Below are positions 29,733 to 38,344 of a stretch of DNA of 64,000 nucleotides, one piece after another. The notes beneath the pieces were generated by a model that was given only the letters and a program-made list of their open reading frames with translations, was not told the DNA's origin and ran no database searches. Numbering within the stretch: the first letter of the stretch is position 1; each line of letters begins with the position of its first letter. The DNA lies in NCBI GenBank assembly GCA_022572465.1, contig JACZVV010000001.1:2749-66748 (forward strand). The letters run 5' to 3'. The translations under genes were made by a program, and so were the position numbers. Origin of the DNA: Chloroflexota bacterium. GTDB taxonomy: Bacteria; Chloroflexota; Dehalococcoidia; SHYB01.

Positions 29733-31016
29733 CTAGATGACACCCTGCTCCGCCAGCTTCCCGACATCCGACTCGCCAAGCCCAAGCAGCTCTCCGAACA
29801 CCCGCTGGTTGTGCTCCCCATAGCAGGGTGCCCCCCAGCCGATGGCCCCCGAGGCGTGGGGCTGCGTCTCGGACCACCTCCCCACAATTCCCTCGACCCG
29901 GTACTTGCCGACCTCCGTGTGGTCCACCTGCTGCATGTAGCCGCGGTGAATGAGCTGCTCGTCGAGCTCGATGCGATCCTTCGTGTCCTCACAGACGCCC
30001 GCCGGGACGCCGGACTTCTGAAGCAGCTGCATCACCTCGTAGCGCTCTCGGTCCTGCGTCCAAGCCGTGACAAGCGCATCCAGGGCGTCCTGGTTCTCGT
30101 AGCGGGACTCTGTGGACGCGAACCTAGCGTCATCCGTCCACTCGGGGTCCCCGATAGCGTGGCAAAAGGCCCGCCACTCCTCGTCCGTGGAAATGGCGAT
30201 CGCGACCCAGGTGTCGTCGCCTTGCGTGCGATACACGCCGTGAGGCGCCGCCTTCGTGTACGGCGCTCGATTCCCAGAGCGCTCGTAATGGCGGCCGTTG
30301 GCGGTGTAGTCGAGGATGGCCGTCCCCGTCAGGAGGAAGCCGGGCCCTACCTGGGAGAGGTCGATGTGTTGCCCCCGGCCCGTCTTCGCGCGCAGGTGCA
30401 GCGCCGACATCACGGCCATGACGATGAACCAAGGGCCCCCCACGTCCAGGTACGAGAACCCATAGCCGCAGGAAGCCCTGTCGGGCAGACCGGACATGAA
30501 TTGGAGTCCGCTGACGCCGGCCGCTATTGGCCCGTAGGAGCGAAAATCGCGATAGGGCCCGAGCTTGCCGAAACCCGGCGCCTGCACATAGATGATGTCT
30601 GGCTTGACCTTCCGCATCTCCTCGTAGCCGAAGCCCCAGCGCTCCAGCGTCTGCGCCGTGTAGTTGTCCGTCACGACGTCCGCGAGCGGCAGCATCTCGC
30701 GGAACAGCTCCTTGCCGTGGGGGTGGTGCATGTTCAACGACACGCCGAGCTTTCCGGCGTTCGTGTTGTTCCACCCCGCGGCGCGGTTCACGCTCTGCAC
30801 TTTTGACCGGTCGAAGCTGCCTCGATCGCCGGTCGGCGGCGCCGATTCGCCTGGCGCCGTGTGCTGCGGAAAGCCGTACCGGATGAAGTCGAGCTTCTCG
30901 GTCCATTCGATACGGATGACCTCGGCGCCGAACGCCGCCAGGTGGCGCGGCCCCTTCGCCCCGGCGTTCAGCCACGTGAAGTCCAAGACCCGTATGCCTT
31001 CGAGGGGTTTCGGCAT
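29733..31016 (-). CDS. CaiB/BaiF family CoA-transferase
   Basis: PLEGIRVLDFT, FGAEVIRIE, YLDVG, GRGQHIDLSQ and APCYGEHN motifs. Confidence 0.92.
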   Translation of the reverse strand: MPKPLEGIRVLDFTWLNAGAKGPRHLAAFGAEVIRIEWTEKLDFIRYGFPQHTAPGESAPPTGDRGSFDRSKVQSVNRAAGWNNTNAGKLGVSLNMHHPHGKELFREMLPLADVVTDNYTAQTLERWGFGYEEMRKVKPDIIYVQAPGFGKLGPYRDFRSYGPIAAGVSGLQFMSGLPDRASCGYGFSYLDVGGPWFIVMAVMSALHLRAKTGRGQHIDLSQVGPGFLLTGTAILDYTANGRHYERSGNRAPYTKAAPHGVYRTQGDDTWVAIAISTDEEWRAFCHAIGDPEWTDDARFASTESRYENQDALDALVTAWTQDRERYEVMQLLQKSGVPAGVCEDTKDRIELDEQLIHRGYMQQVDHTEVGKYRVEGIVGRWSETQPHASGAIGWGAPCYGEHNQRVFGELLGLGESDVGKLAEQGVI

Positions 31017-31068
31017 ACTCGCCTCCTTTGGCCGACCTCACCGCGCCCTAGCGAAAGTCCGGGCCGAT

Positions 31069-31488
31069 CTAGCCCGTTGCCGGACGGAACTGGGGCAGCG
31101 TGCCGCCCCCGTCGAGGTCGGTGAATGTGACCTCGACGGGCATGCCAAGCTCGATCTCGTCGTTGCCGCATCCGACAACATTAGTGAACATGAGCGGCCC
31201 CTCGTCTAGCTCGACGACGGTGACATTGTAGGGAGTGTCCGCCGCCCAGTTCTGGAGCCAGGGCCGGTGGATCACGGTGAACGTGTAGACCTTGGCCTTG
31301 CCGCAGGCCTCGACCCAAGGCAGGTCCTGCTTGCCACACTGCATGCATATGCTCGCGGGCCAGTAGTAGCGGTCGCAGGTCGCGCAGTGCTGGATCAGCA
31401 GCTTGTGCCGCGCGGCCCCCTCCCAGAACGGGAGGTCGAGCTCGTCGGCGACGAACTGCTTCGGGTCAGGCTTCTGCGTTGTTGTCAT
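31069..31488 (-). CDS. DUF35 Zn-ribbon/OB-fold protein (thiolase partner)
   Basis: PFWEGA, CATC...CMQC and VELDEGP motifs; directly downstream of a thiolase gene. Confidence 0.9.
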   Translation of the reverse strand: MTTTQKPDPKQFVADELDLPFWEGAARHKLLIQHCATCDRYYWPASICMQCGKQDLPWVEACGKAKVYTFTVIHRPWLQNWAADTPYNVTVVELDEGPLMFTNVVGCGNDEIELGMPVEVTFTDLDGGGTLPQFRPATG

Positions 31489-31492
31489 TAGC

Positions 31493-32626
31493 CTACTTCC
31501 CCAGCACCACGCAGCCGTGGGCCCAGGTGTTCTGTACGCCGGCGTTGGCACCGTGCCCGGTCACAAGCGCGATCTCGGCGTCCTTGACCTGCGTCTCGCC
31601 GGCCTGGCCCCGCATCTGAAACAGGCCCTCCGAGAGGGCCGTGTACCCCATGACGTACCATCCCGAGAGCTGCCCTCCGCCCGTGTTCGTCGGGATGCGC
31701 CCGTCGAGGCGGGTGTCGCCGCCCATCACGAAGGGCCCGCCCTCGCCCTCGTTGCAGAAGCCGTAGCCCTCCAGCTGCATGATCACGTTGATGGAGAAGG
31801 CATCGTAGCATTGAAAGACGTCCACGTCAGCCGTGGTGATGCCCGCCATGCGGAAGGCCGACTCCTTGGCGGTGGCGCAGTCGAGGCCGTTGTAGAGGCT
31901 CTTGTCGTGCCAGCGCCGGATGTTGTGCCCCACTCCGAGGCCTCGGATGAAGACTGGTTTGGACTTCAGGTTGCGAGCGCGCTCCGCCGTTGTCACGATC
32001 ATCGCCACGCCCCCGTCGGTGTCGCGGGTGCAGTCGAGCCGCCGCAGCGGAGCGCAGATCATCGGCGAGTTGTAGTAGTCCTCGAGCGTGATCGGATTGC
32101 CGTACTCGATGGCGTCGGGACGCTTGCAGGCATGCTCGCGCTGCACGACCGCGACCGTTCCCAACTGGTCCGGCGTCGTGCCGTAAACGCCCATGTGGCG
32201 GCTGGCGTGAAAGGCGTGCGAGGCCACTGGGCTCACCAGGCCCCACGCCTGCGCGATGCCATAGCCGTGCCCGCCGATCTGCGCCCGCGTGCTCCACGGA
32301 CGGTGAGCCCCGACCAGCAGCACCGTCTCGGCGAGGCCCGCTTCCATCGCGCCGCAGGCGGCCATAACCGTCGCGCTTGCCGTCGCACCGCCGGTCTGCA
32401 TGTACCACGAAAACTTGGGCGTCAGCCCCAGGTAGCGTAGGTCCACGACGGACGGGTCCTGGTGCCCGTAGATGTACCCGTCGATGTCCTTCCGTTCGAG
32501 CCCTGCGTCGTCCAGAGCCTCCTTCACGGCCCAGGCCACGACCTGACGCGTCGTGTAGTCGGGCAGCTTGCCCTGCTTGGTGATCCCCAGGCCGACGATG
32601 GCATACTTGCCCGATTCGATGGCCAT
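31493..32626 (-). CDS. Thiolase-like protein (SCP2/lipid-transfer type)
   Basis: PLRRLDC, YDAFS and NTGGGQLS motifs; ATG 32626 after GAGGAGG. Confidence 0.9.
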   Translation of the reverse strand: MAIESGKYAIVGLGITKQGKLPDYTTRQVVAWAVKEALDDAGLERKDIDGYIYGHQDPSVVDLRYLGLTPKFSWYMQTGGATASATVMAACGAMEAGLAETVLLVGAHRPWSTRAQIGGHGYGIAQAWGLVSPVASHAFHASRHMGVYGTTPDQLGTVAVVQREHACKRPDAIEYGNPITLEDYYNSPMICAPLRRLDCTRDTDGGVAMIVTTAERARNLKSKPVFIRGLGVGHNIRRWHDKSLYNGLDCATAKESAFRMAGITTADVDVFQCYDAFSINVIMQLEGYGFCNEGEGGPFVMGGDTRLDGRIPTNTGGGQLSGWYVMGYTALSEGLFQMRGQAGETQVKDAEIALVTGHGANAGVQNTWAHGCVVLGK

Positions 32627-33132
32627 GGTGAAACCTCCTCGCATGTGGGCGTCGCAGGACGTGCCCATTGTAGACTCCCGTCGGCTGTACCGGCAACGGG
32701 CGAGTTGACTTAGGCTGTACTGAGATGGAGATGGAGATGGAGGGGAAGGGGACGGCTCACCGAATACGCCGGCTGGTTGCATCGGTCCGTGCAGCTTGTT
32801 GGGCGATGGGAGTGCGCCGATACCACGAGAATGGTCAACATCGAGAGGACGGCCAAGCTCCTGCGCTTCACCGAACGTTGCTCGGCCCTGGAGGCGGTGG
32901 GGCTGGTGAGCACCATCTACGCCTCGGGCCCGCTTGCGATCGGGCAAAGGCGGCGGTAGGCGGTGACTATGCCCTCGGCAGCTGATCGCAGATCCTCCAG
33001 ATCCACGGGGACGGAGTCGAGTAGTTCCTGGTCCCTTGCCGCCTTTATGTCGTCCAGGAGTGTAGCCGCCGCTTGCCACGCCGGTGGCAATGCCGCCCGC
33101 CACCCACTACAATAGGTCGGGCCAACCCCGTT

Positions 33133-33177
33133 GGAGGGATGGCAGAGTGGACGAATGCGGCGGTCTTGAAAACCGCC
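33133..33177 (+). pseudogene. Orphan 5' half of tRNA-Ser(TGA)
   Basis: GGAGGGATGGCAGAGTGGACGAATGCGGCGGTCTTGAAAACCGCC contains the acceptor 5' strand, D-arm and anticodon arm GCGGT-CTTGAAA-ACCGC; no variable arm, T-arm or CCA follows. Confidence 0.8.
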
Positions 33178-33195
33178 GCCCAGTGTCGGATAGGT

Positions 33196-33227
33196 AAGAG
33201 CCGGTAGGCATCAGTCTGCCGGCTCTT
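33196..33227 (+). terminator. Hairpin just after the tRNA-Ser half
   Basis: AAGAGCCGG...CCGGCTCTT followed by CTGTTG. Confidence 0.5.
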
Positions 33228-33284
33228 CTGTTGTGTACGGTTGCGTCTGGTCGCGTTAGCCTGGGTTACGTATCAAAAGACGTA

Positions 33285-33473
33285 TCAATTTTGAACCCGT
33301 TGGCGCGCTCGGTCCGCGCTGGCACCACCTCCGATTGCTTCTTGCACACGTCGGCGGGTCCGGTATCCCGAGAACCAGCGGTACTTCAGCTTCCCGTCAG
33401 ATGGGTCGCGGCCCAGGTAGATCACCACGGCCCAGCTGTTGGACTTGGCTCGGCGGCGGATGTGGCCCTTCAT
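33285..33473 (-). pseudogene. N-terminal arm-binding domain of a tyrosine integrase, truncated
   Basis: MKGHIRRRAKSNSWAVVIYLGRDPSDGKLKYRWFSGYRTRR is typical of integrase N-termini; no catalytic domain follows. Confidence 0.72.
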
Positions 33474-33580
33474 TGTGGCGATTATAGCAACGACAAAGAC
33501 GAGGGAAGTGAAAAACGGAGGGTCAGAAGCAAAGGAATAGGCAGGCCAGAGTTCCCTAGCCCGCCTATGACCTCTCGGAG

Positions 33581-33814
33581 CTACTTGTTGCCCCGAGGCT
33601 TGTGGCCTTCACGTTCGGCGAAGGCATCTATCTTGCCTTCCTCCCAATCACGAGCTGTTTCGTTCTTGACGCGAGGGCCTTCTATTCGAAGAGTGTCACC
33701 AAGTCCAGCGGCCCGGTTCTCGGCCTCACGGCGTTCGGGGTTGTCGGTGATGCCGAACTTGATGATCTTGTTACCGTCTCGCATCGTGTATCGATAGGTA
33801 TCGCGGTCTGCCAT
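33581..33814 (-). CDS. Small GIY-YIG-like protein
   Basis: RDTYRY...IIKFGITDNPERREAE; AGGAGGTG RBS. Confidence 0.55.
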   Translation of the reverse strand: MADRDTYRYTMRDGNKIIKFGITDNPERREAENRAAGLGDTLRIEGPRVKNETARDWEEGKIDAFAEREGHKPRGNK

Positions 33815-33903
33815 TTGTTTCTCACCTCCTGACTACCACAGATTTTCAAGGGCCAAGCCCAAGCGACGCGTGGGAAAGCGTCTAAGAAGATCTTCATAGA
33901 ACG

Positions 33904-34440
33904 TTAGGGTGGATCGGGAGCCATTGCCTCTTTCAACAAATCGGAGGTTTTGGCCCACTCAATCACGCCATTGCGTTCGTTGGCCGATGGGGCTTTTTCC
34001 AATACGGTCTGAACCATCAATCTCGCCATATGCTGGCCAAGGTTCCAACCCACCGCCCGCAACCCCTCCTTGGAAATGATCGTGTACATTGGGCCATCGA
34101 AGTGAGTCAGGGCCTCCGGATCAGGGTCGAAGGTACGAGCGAGTACGTCCTTTACCGCGGCATCGTCCATCGCTCGCATGAACAGTTGCGCTCCCGGGTT
34201 GTCCAACGCTTTCGTCAATAGCCGCCGCGCCAACGTGGTGACGCCGACCTCCTGAGCCCTCGCCAATTGCTTCAACTTCTTCAGGTGCTCTTGGTCCAGC
34301 CTGATGCTCAACACCGCCGACAGCGGCCGCTTCACTTCGAACTCTACCTCTTCGGTGTTCTCATCAGCTTCCCCCATTTCGTGCGTGGCAAAATACTCTG
34401 CTGCTTCCTTGTCGCTCATCTTGTCATGCGGTGGTTTCAT
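33904..34440 (-). CDS. CopG/RHH-type antitoxin (BrnA-like) with C-terminal extension
   Basis: EAAEYFATHE...VLSIRLDQEHLKKLKQLARAQEVGVTTLARRLL; downstream of a BrnT-like gene; AAGGAGG RBS. Confidence 0.72.
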   Translation of the reverse strand: MKPPHDKMSDKEAAEYFATHEMGEADENTEEVEFEVKRPLSAVLSIRLDQEHLKKLKQLARAQEVGVTTLARRLLTKALDNPGAQLFMRAMDDAAVKDVLARTFDPDPEALTHFDGPMYTIISKEGLRAVGWNLGQHMARLMVQTVLEKAPSANERNGVIEWAKTSDLLKEAMAPDPP

Positions 34441-34470
34441 GACATGGTCCTCCTTTTGGTTGTCCCGCCG

Positions 34471-34777
34471 TTAACGCGCTCCTTTCCTGCTTTTGGGCTT
34501 GGCCCGGCGTTGCTCTGTGATCGTGGCATCCATCGCGGTGACGACGCGCCACACACCTTCATCCTCTCTGCCCAGCACTATTTTTAGATGCCGACCGGCA
34601 TCGGTCTTGCCGAATACCAGGTAAAACTTGCCTTCGCGACGGCCGTATGTCCTGTTGGCGACGGCCGTATGTCCTGTTGGCGACGGCCTCTTCGACCTCA
34701 TCGAGGATGACTTGATGACGGGCCAGTATGTGATCCTCAGCCCATTCAGTCCACCTCAGCTCGTCGATTTGGAACAC
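34471..34777 (-). pseudogene. BrnT-like toxin frameshifted by a 22-bp tandem duplication
   Basis: IDELRWTEWAEDHILARHQVILDEVEEA in one frame and YLVFGKTDAGRHLKIVL...WRVVTAMDAT in another; the two join if one repeat copy is removed. Confidence 0.8.
34636..34688. repeat. Tandem duplication of 22 bp
   Basis: GCGACGGCCGTATGTCCTGTTG twice, followed by a 9-bp partial copy GCGACGGCC. Confidence 0.95.
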
Positions 34778-34810
34778 GCCCCGGACTCCTTTCGGCTTCA
34801 CCGGTTCCTA

Positions 34811-34847
34811 TGTAATACATTGTAATACATTCGCCTCCGGCTGTCAA
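34811..34847 (-). promoter_or_regulatory. Sigma70-type promoter of the toxin-antitoxin operon, overlapped by a tandem operator
   Basis: TTGACA-17bp-TACAAT on the minus strand; TGTAATACAT twice (34811-34830), each near-palindromic, covers the -10. Confidence 0.72.
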
Positions 34848-34943
34848 GCCTTTTGGGGTCCAAATCGGGTGAGTTTCCAGTGACGACACGCCCTCGCCAC
34901 CTACCCATTGCCCGTCCAGGCCCGACCGCCTAGACTCCCGGCC

Positions 34944-35186
34944 ATGCGCCCCGACTACCTGGCCCTACGACCCGACGGGTCCATCGTGGACACCCGTCTG
35001 CGCTTCGGCAGAGACGATCGCGTGCGCATCACCCGGGGACCGCACGCCGGCAGCCTGGCCACCGTTGAGTCACTTCTCGGGTGCTGGATCAAGGACAACT
35101 CGCCACAGAGCGAGCCTGGGTACAACGTGGCCTTGGACGGCGGCGACGTCGTGAGCGTGCGGTGGGACTGGGTTGCTCCGGTGTAG
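34944..35186 (+). CDS. Small hypothetical protein with KOW/SH3-like motif
   Basis: DRVRITRGPHAGSLATV is KOW-like. Confidence 0.5.
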   Translation: MRPDYLALRPDGSIVDTRLRFGRDDRVRITRGPHAGSLATVESLLGCWIKDNSPQSEPGYNVALDGGDVVSVRWDWVAPV

Positions 35187-35223
35187 AACGAGCCACTATC
35201 TTCAGTAGCGAAGCCACCCGGCG

Positions 35224-35313
35224 ATGTGCGGACGGTTCACGCTGAAAAATGATCTCAGCGCGTTTGAGTTGCGATTCAACTTTCGAGGCGACGATCTCGA
35301 CTACCGGCCCCGC
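35224..35313 (+). pseudogene. N-terminal fragment of an SOS response-associated peptidase (SRAP/YedK)
   Basis: MCGRFTL...RF...YRPR; similarity breaks off at the convergent cytochrome gene. Confidence 0.7.
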
Positions 35314-35810
35314 TCCTGTCTGTCGATGGCCTCCTGGTACCGCTGCGAAACGTCGGCCTGGGTCTCGCGTTGCTCGGGCGTCCACCACGTTTTGATGAAC
35401 GAGAGCACCGCGCTGACCTCCGCTACCGAAAGCCTGTCCCCGAACGCGGGCATGGCACCCGGGAACTTGCCGTTCAACACCCAATCCGTGAGCTGAGCGT
35501 CAGGGTGATGCCAAGTGTGTCCCGTCTCGTTATGGGGGGGTGCGCCGACCACCCCTCCCTGACCACTCTGAGTCCCGTGACAAACCTGGCAGTTGGCCCC
35601 GTACAGCGGCTCACCCGGGTGTGAGCCTCCGGCTTCCTCCTCCTCTTGAGCGATCTCAGGGGAGGGCGAAGGGGTCGACGCCAAAACGGCGGGTGGCGAT
35701 GGTGCGTCGGCATCCGTCGGTCGGGATTCACCCCCCGAACACGCCGTCACTACTAGCGCTACCGCCAACCCGGCCACAGCGAGAACCACCCTTGATGACC
35801 GTCTTGGCAT
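35301..35810 (-). CDS. Monoheme c-type cytochrome lipoprotein
   Basis: Lipobox VTAC, CQVCH heme motif, GHTWHH, and MPAF with the distal Met. Confidence 0.85.
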   Translation of the reverse strand: MPRRSSRVVLAVAGLAVALVVTACSGGESRPTDADAPSPPAVLASTPSPSPEIAQEEEEAGGSHPGEPLYGANCQVCHGTQSGQGGVVGAPPHNETGHTWHHPDAQLTDWVLNGKFPGAMPAFGDRLSVAEVSAVLSFIKTWWTPEQRETQADVSQRYQEAIDRQERGR

Positions 35811-36079
35811 CGCCACCCCCCTGTCTGAACCCGGCTGCATTGTATGGCTGCGGACGGGCCCGTGGTCAAGTGAGGACAGACGGGTGCTAGAATCCGAGGC
35901 GCAGAACCAATTGCTGTAGTCATAGGGGTGGCGTGTGAAAGTCATCTTGGTTGGAATCGAGGCGGCGGTGATACTGACCGGGTGCGAGGCGGAAGAAGCG
36001 CCCAGGGCGCCGTAATGCGGACCGTAGTGTTCTTAGCGACGGCTATGTTGCCGCTGTCAGCTTGTTCTGACGGGGCACC

Positions 36080-36385
36080 CCATTCATCAGCCGTCGCGGT
36101 CAAGCTCCAGTTTGCCTTGACCGTGATTCAATTCACGGCGTACTCGCACCAGTAGGATTCTCCTGGAGGACGCCAATCCTCGGGTCCCTTGGCCCCTTTC
36201 GAGCGGTTGGCCGATGCTGTGACGGCGATCAGGTGGCCGTCGAACGAGAGGTCATTGGCGTAGTCTTCCTTCGTCTCGGCGGCCCAGGCCCACCCGCCGG
36301 ACCTATGGGCATTAGCGAGGGGGACCATGCGGTCAACTTGGAGGCTCCTGGTGACTTCAACCTTTGTGTCGGTGTATGGGGCGCG
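36080..36385 (-). pseudogene. DUF1524/HNH nuclease central fragment
   Basis: APYT...[15 protein letters not shown]...YAND...[19 protein letters not shown]...WCEYAVN*ITVKANWSLT; TGA replaces Trp and DH has become DR. Confidence 0.78.
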
Positions 36386-36508
36386 CGCATCTCTCTTGAG
36401 GGTTCCTAGTTTCTATGTACCACCGCGTCTAGCTTGCCCCCGGCACCCGGGGGGGGGGGTAGGTTGCCGCCTTCAGCGCCGCCATGTTCCTCGAACGCCA
36501 CGGCCACA

Positions 36509-36892
36509 TCATCCATCCGCCAGGTAATGCGGCGAGTCCGGGACCGGTGGGATCACCTTCCCACCCATTGTCTTCTTCGCCTCGTGAACCAGTCGCAGCC
36601 GCCGCTTGGAAACCCTGCCCGCAAAGCGAAAGAACAGCAGGCCCAACTCATCCAGCGAGTAGTGTACGAAGCCCGCCGGTATGCGCTGCCTTGCTGCGTC
36701 GTCGGTGTAGAAACCCACCAGGTCTTGCAACTCATTGCTCCACAGGAGCGCATACCCGTCTCGCTTCAAGGTGGCCTCGACCTCAGTCATCTCCGCATCG
36801 GTGACCTTCAGGTCATCGGGATACTTCACCGGCCAATCCCGGCGCCGCAGGCGGGCCAGGATCGCAGATTTGTTCGCCCGAAGCTCCTCCAC
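36509..36892 (-). CDS. Hypothetical protein, probably mobile-element derived
   Basis: 127-aa ORF beside the integrase remnant; no recognised motif. Confidence 0.35.
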   Translation of the reverse strand: MEELRANKSAILARLRRRDWPVKYPDDLKVTDAEMTEVEATLKRDGYALLWSNELQDLVGFYTDDAARQRIPAGFVHYSLDELGLLFFRFAGRVSKRRLRLVHEAKKTMGGKVIPPVPDSPHYLADG

Positions 36893-37057
36893 TTCCTCTG
36901 GCGTGAGGGCTTCCTTGGGTGCCCATCGCAGGTTGTCGCCGTGGACTTCAAGAACGACGCCGCGACGAACTCCATCTCCAGCAGTGGGAGCACAGGGAGC
37001 CCCACCTGAAACCCGATAGAGTCTTTTGGGGCGTCACCCAAAGAAGGGGGAAAAACG

Positions 37058-38044
37058 ATGACCGGAAAACACAGGGGTAACCAGGAAGGCAGTGTCTACC
37101 AGAGGAAGTCCGATGGGCGATGGGTCGCCGCCAGCGTCGTAGACGGCAAACGCCATGTCCGTTACGGACGCACCCGCCAAGAGGCCGCACAGAAGCTCAG
37201 GGACCTGCATGCACGGCAGGACAAAGGGCTGCCGATGACGACGGCCGGGATATGCCGCTCGGGGACTACCTGGAGCAATGGCTGGCCACCGTCAAGACCC
37301 GGGTCCGGCCTTCCACCTACGAGATGTATGAGGTCATGGTGATGGTCCATCTCACGCCGGCCCTGGGCCACGTCCGCCTGGGCAAGCTGACGCCGGAGGA
37401 TATCGAGAAGGCTTACGCTGCGATGCAAACGGCGGGGAAGTCCGCCAGCGTCATCGAGCATGCCCTCCTCCGCCTCGCGAAGGCCCTGAACGACGCAGTA
37501 CGCCGCCAGCATATCTACCGGAACCCCTGCCATGCCGGGAGCCCGCCCCATCCCTTCCGGCGGGAGTTGGCTCCTATCGAATCCCGGGGCATACAGCGTC
37601 TCCTTGCTGCTGCCCACGAGACTGACTACTACGCCTTGTGCACACCGCCTTACACACGGGCTTCCGACGCAACGAACTCCTGGCCCTCGTACCAGGAACC
37701 CAAGACGGCCAAGGCTCGTTGGCTGGTGGCCCTTACACCATCCTCGGTCGGTGTCCTCAGAGGCTTGTGGACCACCGGAGGCCGAGGGGCCGCAGCTGGG
37801 CTATGAGATTACGGAGGACAGCGCATTTTTCCGCCACCGCGATGGATCGCCCATGCGCATGCTCCGCCAAGGCATCCATCCGAAAATCGTTCAAGAGCGC
37901 CTGGGTCGTTCCCGCGTGGGTGTAACTCTAAGCATCTACAGCCACGTCACGCCGGGATTGCAGGAAGCTGCCGCGTTGCGATTCGAGGAGGCCTTTACGG
38001 TCACCAGCGAGCCGGAGGCCAGCCTGGCTGCGCCAGCGAGATGA
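37058..38044 (+). pseudogene. Tyrosine recombinase/integrase with frameshifts and internal deletions
   Basis: RGNQEGSVYQRKSDGRW; LGDYLEQWL...RPSTY; TALHTGFRRNELLAL; GIHPKIVQERLG.S...TLSIYSHV, in different frames; I found no HxxR motif. Confidence 0.88.
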
Positions 38045-38079
38045 ATTGGTACAAAAAAGGGTACACTGGTGTCAAAACG

Positions 38080-38108
38080 AAGGCCCTCGGGACCACCCCG
38101 AGGGCCTT
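38080..38108. terminator. Hairpin downstream of tRNA-Val
   Basis: AAGGCCCTCGGG-ACCAC-CCCGAGGGCCTT. Confidence 0.7.
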
Positions 38109-38125
38109 ATTGCTTCTGTTGAACG

Positions 38126-38201
38126 TGGTGGGCGGTACTGGAATCGAACCAGTGACCCCTTGCGTGTGAAGCAAGTGCTCTAACCCCTGAGCTAACCGCC
38201 C
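38126..38201 (-). tRNA. tRNA-Val(CAC)
   Basis: Full cloverleaf GGGCGGT...CTTGC-TTCACAC-GCAAG...GGTTCGATTCC...ACCGCCCACCA. Confidence 0.96.
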
Positions 38202-38226
38202 TAGCCCGGCGTGGGGTCTCGACGAA

Positions 38227-38301
38227 TGGTGCCAACGGCAGGGCTCGAACCTGCGACCTAGCGCTTATGAAGCGCCCGCTCTTCCCCTGAGCTACGTTGG
38301 C
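38227..38301 (-). tRNA. tRNA with CAT anticodon (elongator Met; Ile2 not excluded)
   Basis: GCCAACG...GGCGC-TTCATAA-GCGCT...GGTTCGAGCCC...CGTTGGCACCA; paired 1:72 bases argue against initiator tRNA. Confidence 0.9.
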
Positions 38302-38344
38302 GACCGGCGTGCCGATTGGCCTGCCGCCCCTCGGGCACGCGACG

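Larger units (their letters stand above)
21947..38170. mobile_element. Decayed genomic island (~16.2 kb) integrated at tRNA-Val(CAC)
   Basis: Bounded by the 45-bp direct repeat; integrase pseudogene beside the intact tRNA; many pseudogenes and a toxin-antitoxin locus inside. Confidence 0.8.

Noticed and set aside
32722..32985. (GAGATG)3 repeat and the MEMEME ORF
   Set aside because: Short low-complexity run with no homology signal or other support.
33133..33230. tRNA-Sec or an intron-containing tRNA
   Set aside because: The anticodon reads TGA (Ser), not TCA; the break lies after the anticodon stem, and I found no intron core or 3' exon.
36128..36130. Second selenocysteine codon, in the DUF1524 fragment
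   Set aside because: The TGA stands where Trp is expected, in a truncated gene with other lesions; it is a nonsense mutation.
36435..36465. Poly-G tract as a phase-variation or phage packaging site
   Set aside because: Not within an identifiable gene or promoter; no terminase or structural phage genes nearby.
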